Below are positions 58,608-64,000 of a stretch of 64,000 nt of DNA, piece by piece. The stretch spans positions 2,112,001 through 2,176,000 of the forward strand of contig OZ254086.1 of the NCBI GenBank assembly GCA_965267575.1, in the 5' to 3' direction. The position numbers and the translations under genes are program-made. The notes under the pieces were generated by a model that had not been told where the DNA came from, searched no databases, and saw only the letters and a program-made list of their open reading frames with translations. The stretch is from Calditrichales bacterium (GTDB lineage: Bacteria; Calditrichota; Calditrichia; Calditrichales; J004). Position 1 is the stretch's first letter, and every line of letters begins with the position of its first letter.

Positions 58608-60212
58608 ATGGCAATAAAGTGGGCGATGATCAGCGGCGCAATCCTGCGCCTTTTTTTTATTCTGCGCTACGATTACATCTCTCCCGACGGTACGCATTAT
58701 GCCTCGCTTGCCGCGCGTTTTGCCAGGGAGTTTGTTTATAAAAGCTACGGCAGCCAGTTCCCGGATATCATCCAGCCGCCTCTCTATCCTCTCCTGATTG
58801 CGCCATTTACATACATATTTTCTCCCGAAGTTTCCGGCAAACTTGTCTCCCTGATGTGTGGCGTTGTACTCATTTATCTGGGCTATAAGTATGTGCTATC
58901 CGTTTGCAAAAGTGAACGGATGGCGGGGATCGCAGCCTGGCTTCTGGCTATCCACCCGTCCATGATATCCATGGGCAGCGAAGTTGTAAGCGAAGGCGTC
59001 TATATCTTGTTGTTAAGCGCCATTATTTACAGCGGCTGGCAGGTTTTAAAAAGCGGCAATCTGAAGCATCTGGCGCTGGCCACGCTCTATTTTGGGCTGG
59101 GCGTGCTCACTCGGCCGGAAGCGATCGTCTATTTTTTTGCATTCCAGTTGATTCTGGTAGTGGCTGTATGGCGCAGACTACTAAAATTGCGCTTTGTATG
59201 GGTGCACGTTGCGGCTGTGTTGAGCGTTCTGGCGCTTTACGGGTTATGGGCGCAGCAGGAACTGGGCTATTTTACCATCTCACCCAAGCTGAATTTTGTG
59301 CGCGTTCACGGACGTCTTGCCGCTTACGATATGCGTTTGCAAAAGCTGGCCGGAAAAGAAAAACCGGAGCCGGAGCGCGACCGCTTTCAATATAAACTCT
59401 CTGCCGATTCAACCCAGCTTGCTTCACACGCCTTGCTTTATCGTGATCCCGTAATGCGCGATGCACTGCAGCGTGTAGCACAGCAGGTTCCTTTAACCGG
59501 TGGAAATATGCTGAAAGCACTTGTGGCAAGGGCCGGCCATAATGCCTATATGATTGCCTGGCGTTTTGTGCGGGGCAGTGTTTTGCCGCTCATTTTTATG
59601 GTGTTCCTGGCGATCGGTCTTTACAGTTTTATCAGGTCGACCCCTCGCGATCGCAAATGGCTTCTGTACACGCTTTATATGATGCTGCCGCTTGGCGCCT
59701 ACCTGCTTGCGCATATTGAGGAGCGCTTCCTTTTCATTTTGATCCCGATGTTTCTGCCGCTGTTCAACAAGGGTTTCGATGTTATTGCGGCATGGCTGGA
59801 GAAAAAATTTGCGCGCATCAAAAGCTTCTCCGCGACCCTGATGATTATTACTTTTTTTACGTTATTGCCTGACTACAAGGCCCTGGCGGATGATATGCAG
59901 GAGAAAACCTACTATGCCCGTATCGGGGAGCTGATGGAAGAAAACAATATTAAGGGTAAGATTGCCGCCAGCCGGCCGCAGGCTGTTTTCTTTTCCGGCA
60001 ACCCATACAGCCCTTTGCCCTTTGCTTCGATTCCGGCACTTTTGGTATATTTCCGCCATAATGATGTCCAGTATGTTCTGATTGAGGATGAAGATATTAC
60101 TTCACGCGCTGCCATCGCCGCTTTGGTAGAAAACGATTATCCCGGTTTTGAAGTTGTGATGCAAAGGCGGCAGGCAAGCGATCCTTTTATTTTGCTGAAA
60201 ATTAAACCTTAA
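58608..60212 (+). CDS. GT-C superfamily (ArnT/PMT-like) membrane glycosyltransferase
   Basis: N-terminal TM then SPDGTHY, PPLYPLL, SEG, LTRPE, ERFL; many TMs. Confidence 0.8.
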   Translation: MAIKWAMISGAILRLFFILRYDYISPDGTHYASLAARFAREFVYKSYGSQFPDIIQPPLYPLLIAPFTYIFSPEVSGKLVSLMCGVVLIYLGYKYVLSVCKSERMAGIAAWLLAIHPSMISMGSEVVSEGVYILLLSAIIYSGWQVLKSGNLKHLALATLYFGLGVLTRPEAIVYFFAFQLILVVAVWRRLLKLRFVWVHVAAVLSVLALYGLWAQQELGYFTISPKLNFVRVHGRLAAYDMRLQKLAGKEKPEPERDRFQYKLSADSTQLASHALLYRDPVMRDALQRVAQQVPLTGGNMLKALVARAGHNAYMIAWRFVRGSVLPLIFMVFLAIGLYSFIRSTPRDRKWLLYTLYMMLPLGAYLLAHIEERFLFILIPMFLPLFNKGFDVIAAWLEKKFARIKSFSATLMIITFFTLLPDYKALADDMQEKTYYARIGELMEENNIKGKIAASRPQAVFFSGNPYSPLPFASIPALLVYFRHNDVQYVLIEDEDITSRAAIAALVENDYPGFEVVMQRRQASDPFILLKIKP

Positions 60213-60227
60213 ACGGAGAGAAGACCC

Positions 60228-61100
60228 ATGCAGGAAAAAATTAACACCTTTTTACAGGAAATTAAAAACTCCGTTGACAGAGAAATTGACGATGCTCTGA
60301 ATAATCAAAATAACTTAATCGACGGATTATATAAATCCGCAACCTACAGTGCCGGCGGCGGCAAACGCGTTCGTGCTGTATACACGCACCTGGTTGGAAA
60401 ACTGTTTGAAGTCGAAGAAGAAAAAGTGCATCGTACGGCCTGTGCCGTAGAGATGATTCATGCCGCTTCGTTGATCATGGACGACCTTCCTTACATGGAT
60501 GATTCGCAGTTGCGCCGCGGCAAGCCTGCCAACCACGTGGTGTTTGGCCAGGACGTGGCTTTGTGCGCCAGCATCGCTTTGCTTGGCAAAGCCAACGAGT
60601 TGATCCTTGCTGACGAGAGCCTGGGTGAGAAAGAGCGCATTGAAGTAACGCGCATTTTAAATCAGTCCTACGGCTTTGACGGCCTTGCTGCCGGCCAGTT
60701 CGTCGATCTTAAGCTGAAACGCAAAAATGTGGATTTTTCGATCATAGAGTTTATCAACTCCAAAAAGACGGCGGCTCTGTTCACGGCGGCAGGTAAAGCG
60801 GCGGCTGTTCTGGGCAAGGCCAATCAAAAGCAGATGGAAGCGATCACCACTTTTTCGGACAACATCGGATTCGCTTTTCAGATTATAGACGACTTGCTGG
60901 ATGTTTCCGGCGATAAAAATGTTATCGGAAAAGACGTGGCCCAGGACAAAATGAATTTTGTAAAGCTTGTTGGCGAACAGCAGGCTCAGGAATATGCCGG
61001 GAAATACACTAAGAAGGCCCTCGACGCGCTGGATGTCTTTGGGAAAAAAGCCGACGAGCTACGCGGTTTCAGCAACTATCTGATGAACCGCGTTAGCTGA
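60228..61100 (+). CDS. Polyprenyl diphosphate synthase, CrtE-like (probable GGPP synthase)
   Basis: GGKRVR, ACAVEMIHAASLIMDDLPYMDD..LRRG (Ala at -5 of FARM), GQFVD, KTAALF, FQIIDDLLD. Confidence 0.88.
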   Translation: MQEKINTFLQEIKNSVDREIDDALNNQNNLIDGLYKSATYSAGGGKRVRAVYTHLVGKLFEVEEEKVHRTACAVEMIHAASLIMDDLPYMDDSQLRRGKPANHVVFGQDVALCASIALLGKANELILADESLGEKERIEVTRILNQSYGFDGLAAGQFVDLKLKRKNVDFSIIEFINSKKTAALFTAAGKAAAVLGKANQKQMEAITTFSDNIGFAFQIIDDLLDVSGDKNVIGKDVAQDKMNFVKLVGEQQAQEYAGKYTKKALDALDVFGKKADELRGFSNYLMNRVS

Positions 61101-61119
61101 TGAGAGCGTATTAATTTAT

Positions 61120-62493
61120 ATGAAATTTTTTCGGGCGATCCCCGCGCTCCTCATCTGTTTTGTTGCCTCTCTTTCCGCCCAAACACCGTTTCTGCTAAAA
61201 ACCGATGATTTTGAAAAAGAACGGGCCTGGTGGGATTATCACCGGGACGGCACCGTGGCCGATGACCCGGGCGCTTTCACCAGCGGTAACGGCTATTTAA
61301 AAATGGTGCTGAACGATCCGGTGGGCGATCGCGAATGTAACGTCGGTATTTCCGAGCGCCAGCCGGTTTACGGCAAAGAGTATCGACGTCTCGTCTCCGA
61401 GACGAGAGCACGCGTGTTGAACCCGATGAAAGGGGGCAGCCGCGGTTGGGGTTTCTGGAAAACGGCCAAGCAGGGCAAGGCCGATAACATAGTCTGGTTT
61501 ATGCAGCAGCTACTGCAGGGTAACGAGCGCGCCAGTTGGAGCCGCTTTGGTGCCATCTATCATCAAAAAGCGGATTTTATCGACTGGCAGCCCGATGAAC
61601 AATGGCACATTTATAAAATAGTGCGCGATCGTGATCGTGGCGTTTGCGAGTTTTGGGTAGACAGGCAGCTTGTCTACGAAGCGCGCCTGGCACCTGCCGG
61701 AGATATGGCTTATCACGCCTGGGTGGATAACCAGATTTACGATCGCAGTGTCGGGATAAGACGTGCGGCCTGGCCCGGCAGCAGTACACTGATCCTGGAT
61801 TATGTACAGATTTATGAGGGCAATAGTCCTAAAATAGTTCGTCCGGTAGCAGGCAGCATTCGCTATTTTGGCCAGCTTAACCGCTTTTTAAATGAACAAA
61901 ACTCCTTTGAATTAAATCTGACGGATTTGTCCGGGGAAACGGTTGTGCTTGCCTCGGCACGTGCGGAAGACCTGGATGCCTATGACCAGGCCGATGCGTT
62001 ATCCTTTAAAGGATTTGATTTGACATGGCATGGTCAAAAAGAAAAGGGCACGCCGGCAAATAAAATGGTTTCCTTTGAACAAAAAAGCATTCGGCTGCAG
62101 ACACAAATAACCGGAGCGCCTTACCTTTCTAATCTTTGCGTGCTTACCGGCGGTCGGACTATTTTGAATATGACGGACGTCGTTTTGGATAAGAGCAATC
62201 AAAAGGAAATTGAATTTGACGCTGATGGGCCCGTGGTGCTTTACGTTTCGGCGACGCTGGATGAAAGTTCCGGCTGGAACCACGTGCAGACTTTTACGGC
62301 AGGGCAGGACAAGCTGGCTCTGCGCCTTGACGGCAAAGAGCTTGGCGCGGAATTGGACGGCAATGTCCTTTTTGGGGATAATGGTGTTTTGCTGCAAAGG
62401 TTAAATCTCAACAAGGGCAGGCACAGGCTGGCGTTAAAGGCGGAAGGTTCCCCATCCGTTAAACGCGTGCTTATTTACGGCGAAAGCGATTGA
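61120..62493 (+). CDS. Secreted protein with GH16/concanavalin-like N-domain, no ExDxxE catalytic motif
   Basis: Signal peptide; DDF, NGYLKM, GSRGWGFW, WHIYKI...FWVD, LILDYVQIY. Confidence 0.6.
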   Translation: MKFFRAIPALLICFVASLSAQTPFLLKTDDFEKERAWWDYHRDGTVADDPGAFTSGNGYLKMVLNDPVGDRECNVGISERQPVYGKEYRRLVSETRARVLNPMKGGSRGWGFWKTAKQGKADNIVWFMQQLLQGNERASWSRFGAIYHQKADFIDWQPDEQWHIYKIVRDRDRGVCEFWVDRQLVYEARLAPAGDMAYHAWVDNQIYDRSVGIRRAAWPGSSTLILDYVQIYEGNSPKIVRPVAGSIRYFGQLNRFLNEQNSFELNLTDLSGETVVLASARAEDLDAYDQADALSFKGFDLTWHGQKEKGTPANKMVSFEQKSIRLQTQITGAPYLSNLCVLTGGRTILNMTDVVLDKSNQKEIEFDADGPVVLYVSATLDESSGWNHVQTFTAGQDKLALRLDGKELGAELDGNVLFGDNGVLLQRLNLNKGRHRLALKAEGSPSVKRVLIYGESD

Positions 62494-62500
62494 GTTATAA

Positions 62501-63543
62501 ATGATTACTTTTGTTAACAGATATCTGGGCTGGCGTAACTGGGCCGTTGTCCGCTACAACAGTATTTTCGAGAATCTGTTTGTTATCTTCTATATTGCTT
62601 TGCACCTGCAGGATTTCAGCAACGCTTTTCTGACGGATATCTTTTTGTTTCTTCTGTTCAGTGTGTTTTCCACCACCTATGGCTACCTGATAAACGACTA
62701 CGCCGATATGGAGCTGGATAAAGCGCATGGCAAGCCCAATACATTCAGTGCAGACTCTTCTTCCAAAGCGCTGATTATATGCTTGCTTTTCCTGGTGCTT
62801 TCGGTTTTCTTCGGATTGCCTTTTAGCGATAACGCGGCGTTTGCCTTGCTATGGCTGGCCTGGATTGTTATAAGCACCTTTTACAGCCTGCCCCCGATGC
62901 GCCTGAAGGAGCGGGGGCTGACCGGGATCGTTTTTGTTATCGCAGCGCAGCGTGTTATCCCCATTTTTCTGGTTTTGCTGCTTTCAATTTTCCCGTCGGT
63001 GGGGAACTGCTGCTACTGGCTATTTATGTGCTGATGCGCGGGGCCTCGTCGGATATCAATCATCAGTTGGAAGATCTGAATAATGATATAAAAACGGGTA
63101 CGCGCACGTTTGCCGTGTCCGCCGGCGCAAACAGGACAGCTCATGCGCTGAAGTTTACGCTATCAGCGGAGCGTTGGCTTCTTGCCATATTGTTGGGTTT
63201 GTTTTTGGTCAGGCTTACTTTTCTTGATATAATACCTGCAGCGCTGTTGTATCTTACGGCCGCGCTCTATTTTTGGATGCTTGTAAGGGCTTTAATTTTA
63301 CGCTTCGGAGAGCAAAATGTTGACACAAACCCCTTTCGGCCGGGTGCTTCAAATATATTTCAGTTTCTGCATCATAGCTTTCCAAGTGTGATTTTAGCCG
63401 CAAGTTTCAACATAATACTGGTATATTATAATTGGCGCTATGTATTACTGTTTGCTGTAATCGCTATGCTCAGAGGTTTGTTTAACCCATCAACTATTAA
63501 GAACAGTTTTGTTTATAAAGAGATAAAAGGATTTTTTACTTGA
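62501..63543 (+). pseudogene. UbiA-family prenyltransferase split by a 1-nt frameshift near 62964-62976 (sequencing error or true lesion)
   Basis: First frame: INDYADMELD..GKPN, YSLPPMRLKERG; second frame: EDLNNDIKTGTRTFAV; adding one T to GGTTTTG gives a continuous ...PIFLVFAAFNFP... Confidence 0.75.
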
Positions 63544-64000
63544 TACGATTTATACGTCTTTTCCACTTTGCAATTTTGCTTTTCATTTTTACGCAGGTTG
63601 GTGCGCAAACCTATCTTATCCCCGATTTGCAGCGTGATGATTTTAAGGACAGCAAAAGCTGGTGGGCCTATCGTGAAGACGGCCAGCAAGCCGCACCAAC
63701 TACGCACAATGGTTATATGCTGCTTCAACTGGTTGATCCACTTGTACCGCCCGGTAGCCCTGCGCCGGGACGTACACAGGGTTCGCGTCCTGCCAATATG
63801 GAAAATACGGGAATTGCCACCGCCGAGACACGGGATATTTATGATAAAAACAATGTTTTGCATGCCATTATGCGTGTTAAAACTCTGAATCCTTCCTATG
63901 AAGGCTCCCGTGGATGGGGTTTCTGGGCAGCCGAGTGGATTCCGGTTACCACGAATCAGGCCGCATGGTTTATGGAGCAAAAAGCGCTTCCGGATTGCAC
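63540..64000 (+). CDS. Secreted GH16-fold-like protein, paralogue of 61120..62493 (runs off the window end)
   Basis: Not in the ORF track. TTG at 63540 overlaps the upstream TGA: MIRFIRLFHFAILLFIFTQVGAQTY...DDFKDSKSWWAYREDG...NGYMLL...LNPSYEGSRGWGFW...WFMEQ, open to the end. Confidence 0.8.
   Translation, partial: MIRFIRLFHFAILLFIFTQVGAQTYLIPDLQRDDFKDSKSWWAYREDGQQAAPTTHNGYMLLQLVDPLVPPGSPAPGRTQGSRPANMENTGIATAETRDIYDKNNVLHAIMRVKTLNPSYEGSRGWGFWAAEWIPVTTNQAAWFMEQKALPDC

Noticed and set aside
63513-63980. ORF-track calls 63513..63980 (-) and 63568..63888 (+)
   Set aside because: The real gene is the open frame from TTG 63540, identified by paralogy to 61120..62493

Overview
Bacterial chromosomal window. 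The 16S 5' region and gene content resemble Calditrichota/FCB-group bacteria; this is my recognition by eye, not a database result. 1-7.6 kb is housekeeping: a truncated ABC-F ATPase, a creatininase-family protein, a 2OG-Fe(II) oxygenase, fabV, pgi and clpC. 7.8-18.2 kb holds two directly tandem, apparently identical 16S-23S-5S operons; only the first carries tRNA-Ile/tRNA-Ala. 18.3-22.5 kb is a minus-strand envelope cluster (GNAT, WbqC-like, a group II geranylgeranylglyceryl-phosphate synthase, gmhA, a UDP-sugar epimerase). 22.6-26.3 kb is rplM-rpsI-rpsB-tsf-pyrH-frr with an S2/t44-type leader. From 26.5 kb to the window end is a >37 kb Wzx/Wzy-type surface-glycan locus with unusual tailoring genes: an AMP-ligase, FemAB-like protein, GNAT, acyl carrier protein and LarA-like (nickel-pincer) racemase block; a sulfotransferase; a kinase; two deacetylases; two lyase-like proteins; and a terminal cassette of DPM-synthase/GT2 fusion, GT-C, CrtE-like GGPP synthase, a frameshifted UbiA prenyltransferase and two GH16-fold paralogues lacking the catalytic motif. 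Best candidates for a new system: (1) carrier-protein-dependent acylation of a glycan with a racemised 2-hydroxy acid; (2) an isoprenoid, possibly archaeal-type ether, glycolipid pathway (GGPPS + GGGPS + UbiA). I saw no CRISPR array or intact mobile element. Family assignments come from motif recognition only.
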